Origin: Tubiluchus corallicola
Lineage: Eukaryota > Animalia > Priapulida
NCBI GenBank assembly: GCA_030141605.1
Contig: JAQGDQ010000448.1
Location: 128,479-192,478, forward strand
Length of the DNA: 64,000 bases
Reading direction: 5' to 3'
A model generated the notes under the pieces. It worked only from the letters and a program-made list of their open reading frames with translations. It had not been told where the DNA came from and did not search any database. Position numbers and translations under genes: made by a program. Below are positions 1-12,600 of the stretch, piece after piece. Position 1 is the stretch's first letter. Each line of letters begins with the position of its first letter.

Positions 1-464
1 ATACCTAAGATATAGCCTTGTTTTTAGAAGTAGGCCTCATTTAAAAATTGTGGCCTTTGTTTCACATGCACTTTTTTGTAGCGTGTGAATATCTTATGGT
101 GAGAACAACAAGTTTGTTGAGGACAACATGTTTGTTATGGGCATTTGAAAGCATACCCCTTTATAGTACATGAATAAGTTAATACAAGAAAAGAAACTAA
201 GAAGTAATGTTGAGCACTTTGCAGTTAAAACACAGAAAACTACATAAATGCAGTTAGTTTTCATAAAGCTCAAAAACATTGCTAATAGGTTTCTCTAGGT
301 GTTTTTACGGTACTTTTTTTAAGTCGTGCATTAGCACCTGTTAAGAGGGATATTTTAGTATTGCTAGGTACCAAAATGGTTTTGAGCTACAGATCTTATC
401 TGATGCTAATTTGGGAACATGAATATGTATTTTTTATATTGCATGAGAGTTAATTTATTTCTAG

Positions 465-609
465 TACTTTGATCGCAGTAAATTCTACATATCTAGCGAT
501 GTCCTTCTGCTGCTGGACATGCTTCGAACTGACCTTTGGTACTTAAAGAGCTCGTGGCGGCAGCTCGGTCGACCACTTGTCCTTATACCACTTACCAAAA
601 TCATGCTAG
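465..609 (+). CDS. PHKA: PHKA duplicated exon, variant A (145 nt, phase 0 to 1)
   Basis: ag|TAC...CTA G|gt; encodes [48 protein letters not shown]. Confidence 0.9.
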
Positions 610-3600
610 GTGTGTTTTTTATCCTGAACTTTTTTCATTATAGTTGTCGATACAATGCAATGCAGTTTTAGTAACTGGGTTGACCACTACTAACTGTCTT
701 ACTTTTGCAGTGTGTTAGCTAATCTGTAGATACTGGTAAGGCATGAACTCATAAGCAATTACACAGTTATATTACACCTTTGTGTGTGCCTTTTTTAAAA
801 CCGCACAAATTTATTACTCTGAATTTACTTTTCACTACAAACGAATCTTAGATTTCACGTACCCTTCATCGAGATAATAGCATTACATTTGCAACATACA
901 GCTTAGACTTCACCTTGTACTACACTGTGACATTGTTTTGCTTTTAGTTTTCAGATCCGCATGAATTCTATTTGGCTGCTGACACTAACTTACTGCTTAA
1001 CATGTTTCATACTGACATAGCATTTTTGAAAACATCCTGGAGGCAGTTAGGTCGACCCACTGTCACAATTATTCTGCATAAGCACATGTGGGGAGATATA
1101 GGTAAGAATGACCCACCTTAGTAATGCTGTTACACTTATTTACTTTTTTAATCATAACATTATATTTTCATAATTTGAATTATTCGTGATTTTGACATGA
1201 ATATTCACATAAGCTGGCAATGTAGCTTATTTTAAGAAGTGTGTAGTAAAAATCACTAATACAGTTTAGTTTTGATTTTTTTGTATATCCACTCTGCTAA
1301 TCAAATCTTCTCACGTGGTTTGGTCTGTTTTTGTGCATTACTACTAATTTCTAAACTAACTTTTGATGTGCTGTTGAGTTTTGTAAAAAAAAAAACTGAT
1401 TCAAACATGGTTTAATGTTTCAGCCTAAATGTTTTGCATACCTCCGTTACCTAACAGTTTCAACTTATTAAACAGTTTACTATTTAGGCAGTTTGCTACT
1501 TTGAATTGTTTGCAAGGATTACACAGGATTTTCTTAAATTATCAGAAATGTGATCTGTTTCATCCACTTAAAAATATGATAGTTTTACAAGCAAATCTTT
1601 TGAAACATTGCTAAATATTAAGTTTTCTTACTTTTGTGAATATGAACAGTGCAACATTTTTGCTACATGCATATTAATAGCGTAAGTTTTTCTTTAGATT
1701 CCAAGAAGAGTTTGCCACCAGCCGTCATAGCTACAATTAAAAAGCTCAAAAGTGGTTATACAACGGGAGCTAGGTAAAATTCCTGTTGGCTTTGACTGTT
1801 GTACAAAAATAGATTAATTTTGTGTTGATTATATTTTATTATGTTGTATTAATAGATTAAATAGATTATCACACAAATAAGTACCCTATATGAGCATCAT
1901 TAACATAATTGTGCCAGGTTCTGTCTGATAAACTTGAAAATATCGATGCTGTTTTTTAAGCAATGCTTAACACTAGAAAGACTGAATGTGCCAGTTGACC
2001 CATTTTTTTGCTTATATCTCTGAAGGATATGTTTGTATTTATTTATTACTTTTACTAGTTTAGTGCTAACTACTATTGTACAGAATTTCAGGACGGAAAC
2101 GTTACTTTAACCTTGTTAAAAATAGGGTACTGCCTAGATGGACCAGACAATTGACGCTGATACATATTGTACACTGTAAATTAATACAATGTACAGACAT
2201 CACAGTAGTAAATGTGAATGTAAGTATGTGAATATACATAAGTGAATGTAAGTTAGCAAACTCTTTTAACATCTTACTACGAACTTCTTTGACTGACAAC
2301 TCTTATGCAGGGGCGTATCAAGAGTTTACGATGCCCTGGGTTGATACTTCTGTCCCACCCATCTCAATTGTGAATTTATGGTTTTTTATTGAGCAAATTA
2401 AACAATTACTTGTGTATTAAAAAAACTCTTTACTTAGTTTCTACGTGGTCACTATTAATTACATGTATTTATACAGCTTTATCTTTAAGCAGGCTGCGCA
2501 ACTGCTTGTTGTAAAAGCTGCACTCAGTAACCGCCTGTGGTGTGTTATATACTGTACCATTTACGTGAATATGATACTTTTCCAACGAGAAAAAGAATTG
2601 TTTCTACAATGTGACGCCCTCAAACTTTGGCGCCCTAGGCTGTAGCCTAGTTAATCTATTAGTTAATGCTGTCATGGCTTGACTCAATATAGGTTCTCAA
2701 AGCATCTCAAAATCTACCATTAGATGAGTCATTATACTTGTATGTATAAATTGCTTCAATTTTTATATGGATTAATTTTCTGATGTATCGTTGAATTTTA
2801 CTAAAATCTGACTGGTAAATACCAGTTTTATTTTTGTGTAGGAATGAAATCTGTGATTGCGTCAGTTGATACATGCCTGTCCAAAGTAGTGAACTTTTCT
2901 GGTCATTTTAATGTTAACTTTATTTAGTTTATATATAGTGCAATAATAATGGATTGTCATTAAGTAGTACTGTTGTAGTCCTGCTGCTGAGTATGATTTT
3001 ATATGCATTTTGAAATTTAGGTTAATAATAATTTATATACGTACTTAAGGTAAAAATTTCTTATTAATCAGCATCAAACATTTTTTATCTTTCCTTTAGT
3101 AAGGATGATTGTAAAATGCATACAAGATCCCAATAAAAAAGCTGGTAGTGTTTCATATGGTGGATCGTGATACAGGAATATAATGATTTATGTATTTCAA
3201 TAGCAGTATTTACTGCCATATCCTTTCCATTACATTTGCCTTCTTACACCACATAAATTTTAAGTAACTATAGATCATGTTCGTATCTCACCTTTGCTGA
3301 ACTCATCCGTGACCATTTATAACTCGAAATATTGTTTTCTATTTTTTAGAGTGGAACTTGGTAAACTAACCGACTTTCTCAGCACATCGTGTGTTACACA
3401 TTTGAATTTTCTTGCAAACACAGAATCCGGTGATGTAGAAGGTAATGCACTGATGAATATCTTCTCCTTCATTTAGCATCTCATATTTGTTTCCCGATGT
3501 TGTTTCCGTGTATTTATAATAACTCGACACTGAACTTAGATAGTTTTTTTGACCTAATTATGTAATTTCTTTATGTAACCTGCATTACTTTGATGATTAA

Positions 3601-6600
3601 ACAAGTGTTTCCAATTGGATAATATGATGTCACCTTTACTTATGTAAAGCATGTAGTTTCCTTTTTCTCACTGGTTTAAGTATCTAGTTCTTGGTTTCTT
3701 TGAAACGGGCAACATGTTATTAACAATGTAAAGAATTTTTTTATTATCTTGCTATAGGTACAGATGCATGTGTCTTGGATTTGCTTGACAAACTTACAAA
3801 ACCTGAGCGGCATCTTCGTTCTCGGTTGCCTTCACACCAGGGCCGCAGACGAGCCCCATTTCGCCGTGAGTCATCAGTTCGTGGTATTGTGAAACGCACT
3901 AAGTCTATAGCAATAGACCCAGATGATTCAGGTAAGTATTTATTTTAACTGTACTTTGTTAACTTAGCATGAATTATTTTATTCTCAGTTATAGCTGCTG
4001 CTGCTGTACCAAATCACTTGCTTTTATTCATGCGCTGATTACACACTCCTGCTGCAAACAATTACAGTTTTTTTGCTCAGCCGGCTTCTTCAGTAGGTGT
4101 TTTTTCGTACTTCACACATTACCTTTTCTGAAGTGTGCAACTCATTGTGCATAATATTCTGCGTGCGAAATCGTGATAAGAGTGTAATTTTTATTTGCAT
4201 AATTGAATGGCAATAATGCATGATAAGCGGCTTTTTTAAAAACAGGAAAAATGTAGATTTCTGTTTTACCTTAATTCCATGCAACAAAGATGAGCCAATT
4301 ATTTTGTAATAAGGAAAATTCGAGAAATATAAAGCAAATTTGAGTTTTACTAATATGAGCGATAGAGTTTTGTTTTATTTGGCAATGTTGATTAGATTTA
4401 TGTTGGCCTTTCTCTTTCTGTTCTATCGCATTTTAATTGGAGTACCAATCATAGAAGGCACCTGGGTTATGTAACAGCTTTTCCACCTGTGCATGTATAT
4501 TTCAAGATTTGAAACATTGTCATGCAGAAATGTTTTAATTAATAACAGATGGATTGGTCAGTATGGAAAAGAAAATTTTGGCTGAAAAACCTCCAACAGG
4601 TTAGTCATGCGTGGGGTGCCATAGGTTTTCTCTTCCTACGTTAATTTCTCTGAACAGAAATTTATTTATTTATTTATTTATGATTGCTGGTATCCTGTTT
4701 AACGTAATAGTAAACATGCACATTTTATAGGAAACATCGCACAATATAGGTGATGGCACTAGTCATTTCCAATGATATTTTTCCTGAGTAGGCAAAGGGC
4801 TGAATAACAGCTGAATCTGAGCCCAAAAAATAGAAAGCAATAAAAAGTCCATTTAGCTATGGAAATACTAAATTTAACTTGATATTTAGCATTATGTTGA
4901 ACAGTGTTCTCTCGGACAAACATCAACATAATTTCTCGTATAAAAAATCAGTATATAGTTACCTTATGTAACAAACTGATATTATTTGCTTCACCGTTTT
5001 CCATTTTTTGTTGCACTAAAAATATAACCTAAACAAATTTTCTCAAGTACATAAAGTTCTTTATGATGGCTAATCATTCTAATGAAATAATAGTATGCAC
5101 TATGTTGTGATTTTAATTAACACATTCAATAATTATTCTAATTTAACAGATCCTTCCAATGTTTTTGTAATGTCTGTGATGAATGCAATGCAATGTGTTT
5201 TTATGTGCATTTCATTAATAATTTTAAAAGTGTAAAAGTGTGTGAGGTTTCTATTTTGTTTCACTAAACCTCAGTAGTAGTAGTGTTATAGGCTCTATGA
5301 TTAATGGTATTGCTTAATTCACAAAGAGGTCATTCCTAACACGCCCAATATGGAATTGATGTGTCCAAATATAGGTGTGCCATTTTACTTTAAAAGGCGT
5401 CCTCTAAAACATCACTGAGTAACAATAACTATGTAACAGTTATATTGCTTATCTGGCTACTGTGCACGCCGTGCATGCGCAAGTAATGATCACATCACCT
5501 CCCTTCACTTTGTACGCTGTACCTTCTTTGCCCCCATCCTGTTTGTTTTCTCCTTTCTCTCGTCTCTTTGGCTGTTGTCACCATGTCGCCTCACACTTGT
5601 TTCTGTTGTTTTTACTAACCGCACTTCATTATAGGTCCAACTCGGAGACTGAAATATACTACAGAAGGTTAGTATTTGAAATTATTGGCGGAATGCTTTG
5701 TTAAATTAGGGTTAGTTGATAATTTTCTATTCTTGATTAACCAGTTTCTGTAGATTAATTTGGCTGATTTTTATGGGGAATGTGGTAGGATGGTGCATCT
5801 TTGACAAACGTTCTTGCTGCAAATACAGTCAGATTGTGTTTACCCACAGACAGTCAGTAACCGTTTTGGCACTTCCTTTTTCATGATTATCACAATTTTC
5901 TAACTATTCATATCTGATGCTTTTTTGTACATTTAAGGTGTATTGCCACGCAGAACATAAATTTAGTAAAATGATAAAAGACGATATGCTATTTTGTTCT
6001 CAGAGCCATAAATTCAGCAGCTTTTCACTATTGTAATATATGCAAACAGATGAGTAAAACAACTAATTAAACAGAACGAAGATTCATTAATTTTAATTTT
6101 GGTTTGCTGGTACCTTAGCTTGGCGCTTTCCTTCAGAGGTGCATTGAAAACCTAAAGATATTAAAAATGATATTGTTCTGCTAATTAATTCCTGTAACGA
6201 GTGATTTTGCTCTTGCTGTTATGACAATCTATTGTCCGTGAAATCAACTGTAGCCTGTGCATCTTGTATCTGGTAAATGTTGATAAACATTTTCATTTAA
6301 TTGACAGGCTGATCAGCTGAGGGTGGTAAGCTTTTTGTGTGTCGTTGTGGGTTAAACAGAATTTTATTGTATCTGTAGGTGTTTGAGAGTCAATTACACT
6401 AGAAAATTTGTGTAGCCTGATAGAGACTGGACTGAGGTCATTTGAATTCAGACTACAAAAAGTACATTGTTCACACAGCTCCTATTTTAAAGTGGAAAAA
6501 TTAAATATAATGGCGACTGTCTGATATACCATTTTGTTTCAACTTGCAAAGTTAGTAGCCTGACAGATTAACTTTTGACGGATTACACAATACCAAAACC

Positions 6601-9600
6601 AGCCAACTGACCAATAATCCATAATTAGTGATAATTGACCAAAAACATTAATAATGAATTTTATGGTTGTGTTGTCAGTAGTTTCAAAATTGGTGGTTTT
6701 TAGTATAAAATCTACAATATTTTAAAAAAGTTAGGTTATACAAAAGCTTTTATATACCTTTTCAATACATAAACGATTGTAGATTACTAATTAATAAACT
6801 GTCTCTTTTTTTATATCTTGTGAACAATGACATGATTTTAAAATGCCGTCACTTCATTTGATAGATGAGAAAAAACCCTGAAAAAATTCAGTTCTGTTAT
6901 AATCAATTATTAAAATGCCTTTTCTAAATTACAAAGCATGGCATTGCAAATGTTATTCAAAATCTTTACAGCCTTTGGCTCTACTGCCAGGGTGAGTTGA
7001 AATCAGATTCAAAATTTAGGTTGCAAACTTATCAGCGGCTGGGTTTGTTTTATTAACTGTTTTTCATTCTAGTAGCTTAGGTACAATGTAGCCTAGAAGC
7101 AGCCACCAGACTGCCTGAGAACAGTTTTGGCTAGAACCAAATTTATGTTTGTGTAAACAACTATAGAAACTTGGGCCAGTCTCTGTCTAGGTTAAATTTT
7201 CTAGCACATATTTGGTTATAATCTTCGGTAAATGGCTGTCAAAGAAGACTATGACATGACTAAAATGGAGTTGATTGTTAATAGCTCTTGCTTGATTTAT
7301 TTTTTAATGTTAAGTATTTTTGCTTGTTTTTGTGTCATATCCAAGCTTGAAAGTCCTCTGCTCTAATCATTTTCAGATTTTGCATTTTATTTGCTTTACT
7401 TATGCAAAAATTCTTTGCCTGAAATAGCTGTAATTTTAAAATGCTCATTCCTTTTTGTGTTTAACATTATATTGGACTTTTTCGTGATGTTATTTTATGT
7501 TTATCTTGCAAAAAGTGAAGATACCTACCAAAAATGTCTGTTAGGGTGATAGAAAGAAAAATAAAAATTGTGCTTTTGCATGTAGTTGTTGTTAATGCAG
7601 AAATTTTCTGAAATTTCATTTGAACTCTTCGGCTTTCTTTATCTGTAATTTGACAATAATAATTTGTTTGTTTCCAAATTCCTGGCTTTCAGTTCGAAAT
7701 GAAAATGTGTCTTTAAGAATTCAGCATCGAAGCTGACGATATGCACTTTGACATTTTTCAAAATAATTTTGTAGAGATTTTTTATCTAAATACCTTTTCC
7801 AGAATATATTCAAGTGTACATAATAAGGTTAATGGTTATAAAGAAAGCATTATATTTATAGATAGTTCATATATAGATAGTTTTGTAGAACTTAATGTGA
7901 AATGTGTTCATAGGTTAACAATCTTGCGAATCTGCTTAAAATGCCTAAAAGGTTTTTTCAAAACATCCACATTCATTTTACGTCATTGTGTACACTGTTT
8001 ACTTCTATTTGGTCTTTTCAGTTAAGGATAAGTATCAAATGTATGAAAAGATACATTTGCAAATAGTATCAAGTGACGATATAGCATACCTTGTGTTTCT
8101 TATCTATTATCTTTGTACAGACCTGGTTGCACTCAGACAGCGATATGCAAGTGGCAGTGCACTGACAAGTACACCAATCAGCAGCACTGGTGGCAATTCA
8201 TTTGATGATGACGATAAACCACCACCTACATTTGATCTACGATCAACACGCGGCTCCATCTGTGAAGCACGGCGACAATCTTCAGATTATTATCCACATC
8301 TAGCAGCGTCTCCAAATATAGGCTCTCCAGTTAGCGGAACGCCACAGGTATTTTGTTTGTTTTATTTCAGCATACAACTGTGTTGTGCAGTACAAAGTCC
8401 ATTTCAAATACGATGGACAGCGAATTAAAACCACTGAAAAAACTAAGCGTAATAATGTTTTTTTCTAACTGCTTCTATTGATAATAATTGGTATATATGT
8501 AATATATATTGCACTGATGTCACATCAGTTAACGTGGTTGCTTCTTTTGTTGTTCTGTTACCAATTGCAAAATTTGGGAGCTTCTTGTGCCCGAGCCAAA
8601 AAAATATTGAAATTTTTGATTGCAGAACTCTGATATTGTTGCCTATTATCTGCTCATCTACAATAATTTGCTAACTTGTTGTAGATATATTAATTATAGT
8701 ATGTGAAAGTGGACATTTTGCTCTTTATGTGCCATTTTGGCAGGTTTTTAAAATTGGTGTATGTAATTTTGCAATTAAAAAGCGATTTGTTTACATGGGC
8801 ACAAGCCAGTATAAGTGTAGTGTTTCTGGTTAACTGATAAAACAGAGTATTGCTGCATTTGGATTTCAACACACATTTCATTTTTCTAGACTCCCCACAA
8901 GGATGTGGAGAATCTCTATCTAGGTATTAATGCAGAAGATTTATTGGACATGTTGAAAGATGCGGAAAGCCTTACTGAGCAAGCGGATATCATACACTAT
9001 CTATATATCACACAGTTCGTACTTTTAGTTGTATCGATATTTTTACCTAAACCCTAATTTTTCTAATAATTTTAATAAAATGTTAGCAATCACAATGTAG
9101 ACTTATGTCTTAAATACACCAAAATTATTAGCATTAAGATGCCAAATATAAAATTCCATTTTGTTGCAAAGAAATGAAACACTGTTAAATTAGAAAAAGA
9201 CTGAGGATATTCAAAGATACTTTTATATGTATAACTGCAATGCTTTGTTAATCATTAAATGAAGCTGTACGCATCCTTATCTTATTTACTCTTAATTTTA
9301 CTATTAACCATTTTTGGATAAAAAATAGAATCTGGGCATCGCCTGGCATCTAGTAGTTAAGTAACTGACGTCTTTTTGCCTCGTGCTTGCATTGTAATTT
9401 TAATTGTTCACGTAAGAAAACTGATCTATATTTTGTGTTTCAGGGGTGCTGAGTGGGATACAATGATCAGTGGAAAGCCGGGTTGTAAAGTGGAAGACCT
9501 AATGCAAGAGTTATATGAAAAGGTGCACAAATTTCAAAATTTGTTTACCAATATATATTAATCCATTTAGCAGGATTGTGGGTCATAACCAGTTTCGCAG

Positions 9601-12600
9601 TAGGTCATTTTTCCATGTCTGATATGTATTTCAAGCTTAATTAAAAAAAGTTACTTTGTTTAATTATACTAAGTAATTAGACGTCATCAGGTTTGACTTG
9701 GCCAGAGAACTCTCAGACTTGGCTGACATGTTACATGTGACCATCTCCTAGCCAATCATTTATATTTATCCCAATAAATAGTAAATGCAGTAACCTTCCT
9801 TAATTTTTCTTTTCTACAAATTTAATTTTGGGATAGCATTTCCTTTGAGATTTAGAATAATGAATTAATAATATATAGGAGCTTATAACCCAGTTACTGA
9901 ACGTATGCCATCTTTTCTTTTAATTTTAAAAACAATAGTGTATTGTTTTGTATACACTATACAAAAATAATACTGTCTCAATACACATTGTAAGAAAATG
10001 TAATGTATCTCAGTTGTATTTAACACCCAACGCTACACTGGAGAATCTGAAAACTTAACTATAGCAAATCATACATTTGTTAAATATTTTTGTATCATAC
10101 CTGCAATCAAACAAATATATGCAAACTGTACATTGTGCCAGCATTGCATTACTATCTTTTAAATCATCCTTCTTTAACTAATTAATTATCTAAGTAAATT
10201 ATCTTACTAGTGCCAGCTGCAGAATTGCTCTAATAGCGAAAAATTTTATACTTACTGTTTGTGTTTTAGGCATGTCATGAGAAACATTGGTGGTTAGTGA
10301 GGCATACTGCTGGTGTATTAAAAAAGCGTGTTGAGGATTTGGCAAAGGTAGGAAATTTCATGGCTTGAACTATTTGTTTTTATAAGTTTTTATAGTAATC
10401 CAGGAATCTGTGATAACTTTTTTCAGATAATTCTCTCAGATGAGACATTGAAGTAGGCAGGTATTTTAATTGTGTCCATATACGTATTCGTCTTCCCCTA
10501 ACAAGTTTTCTTAGTGGTCATCCATCCATGTATAAACCAACTCTAGCATTGATAACCTACTATTTTAGGTTTTTGGTAGGACAAAATAAGTTACTTCTGA
10601 AGTAGAGGAGACTCTAGACTGGCTTGATTTTTCTCTCCTGTCATCATGTTTTTCCACTCATCAACTGTGATGCTGGGATAAAATTGCCCCTAAAAATGAA
10701 AGGGAAACATTACTACAACAACAGTATATTCAGAGCCTGCTAACACACAGAGCAGAAATAAATATAAGTCTTGTTTGTATAGTTTGACATTTTTTATATG
10801 ATAGATAATGAAGATGCTTGATACATTTTATTGGTGCCGAGATTAAAAATGCACCCATTGTATCCTAATGGATATTGTAGTTCATGTTATGGATTAAGCA
10901 CAAACAGTAAACACAGAAAATATTTTTTTTATTTTTTGTAAGAAAATGACAACTGCTCATTCCTCAATTGCTCATGGCTTCAAAGCAACATGAAGAAATT
11001 TCACAAAAATGTTAGGAGTGTTTTTTTAATGTTAATGCTCTAGTTCTGGCCTATCTTACCTTACCTGGTGCTTTAAATACTTCCTAGTCAGGCAGCGCTG
11101 ATGCTGAACATCTGAACAACTTCCTAGCCAGGTTGCTCAGATGCTGGCTTAAGAGGTGACTAATAAACATCTCATTTTTTAAAATTTATTGTACTGTTGT
11201 TAGGCTGTAACTGATCTCCTCGTCAGACAAAAGCAACTCACAGTTGGTATGCCACCCGAGCCACGAGAAAGAACTATTACTAGACCATTGCCACCTGAAG
11301 AACTGAGAGACATAATCAGTGAAGCATATGGAGAAGACAGTAGTACAGCTATGCTGACACAGGTAACTTGCTGTATGAAGTTTTTTACATTTCCATTTTT
11401 TTACTGTTTAGAATTTTTCTTCTTGAACGTATTTATACTACTACTGTTTAGAATTTTTCTTCTTGAACATATTTATATTGACCAATGTTTTATTTCGATT
11501 AACAGGAATTGATTATATATTTGGCAATGTTCATCAGAACGGAGCCAGAATTATTTCGATGTATGTTGAGATTACGCATTGGGCTTATTGTCCAAGTTAT
11601 GGCCTCAGAACTGGCAAGGACACTTAATTGCTCTGGTGAGTCTTGGACTCGTTTAATATTATTTGTTAAGCCACCATTCAAGTTTTCAAGTTTTTGCTTT
11701 AGCTGCAGGATTGTATAAAATCTGTTGCATAGTAGTCAGATGATTTAGAAATTATCTTTTAGTTGATTTTGTCTTAATGTGGGTTTGCTGCAGAAAAAAC
11801 TTCAGTACTTTATCTTAGTAGTCAAAATATCAAAATCAGTTTTATTATTTCATTACTGTTGATGCGGATAATTCATTTTTTACTTTGTTTGTTCTGATAT
11901 CTAAGTTAAAGCTGCACTTTATTTATTTTGCTAAAAGTTTTATAATTTGCTCCATTTGCAGCATGTGATAGAATTAGTTTGAAAATGCTTAGTCACTTGG
12001 TGTTTCTTTCTAGTAATATAGTCTGTAAGACAATTGTAAAAGCCATAATTGTTTATTTCTGAAAATTGGCCAAACTTTTGCAAGCTGAGGCTTAATCACT
12101 CCTCTTTTTAAATGACTGTTTTTCATGCTTATATCAAAAGATGTAGAAAATGTGGGTGAGTAGCTTGTGCTTTCTCCAGTTCTGTTCATGTGTCCTACTG
12201 ATATTTTGCTGTATGCATTGTGGTAAAATCTATAATTTAACGAATACCCTACTGTCTGCACTTTGGTTTGGCAAATGGCTCACACTTCAAAATTACTGTA
12301 ATTCGACTATATGAAATTTTCTCATGCAAATAAAAGTCATGTCAGAAGTTGTATTATTGTGTTACTATTATGATGAAGTTGAAGTTTTAACTCTACATTA
12401 TGAATCTTCCAACAGTTACAAAAAGGTTACGTGCTTGTTATTTGTAAGCCACTTAGTTCTGATTTAATTAGAAACTGGCACAACATACAGCAATGAATAA
12501 AATATTGCATTTAATATTTAAAGTGCTACTAGCTTATAAAGAGTTGTGCATTTCGTTATTGTTAGTTGTTCTGACCTGTCGATAGTTTATTCGTGATTTA

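Noticed and set aside
3218-3227. ATATCCTTTC resembling a U12 AT-AC donor
   Set aside because: Flanking PHKA exons 1698-1773 and 3350-3441 already join in phase through GT-AG; no upstream coding exon fits
6308-6325. Possible 18-nt PHKA microexon (acag|gctgatcagctgagggtg|gtaagc)
   Set aside because: In the required phase 1 it reads GGC TGA; it could only be a poison exon and has no other support
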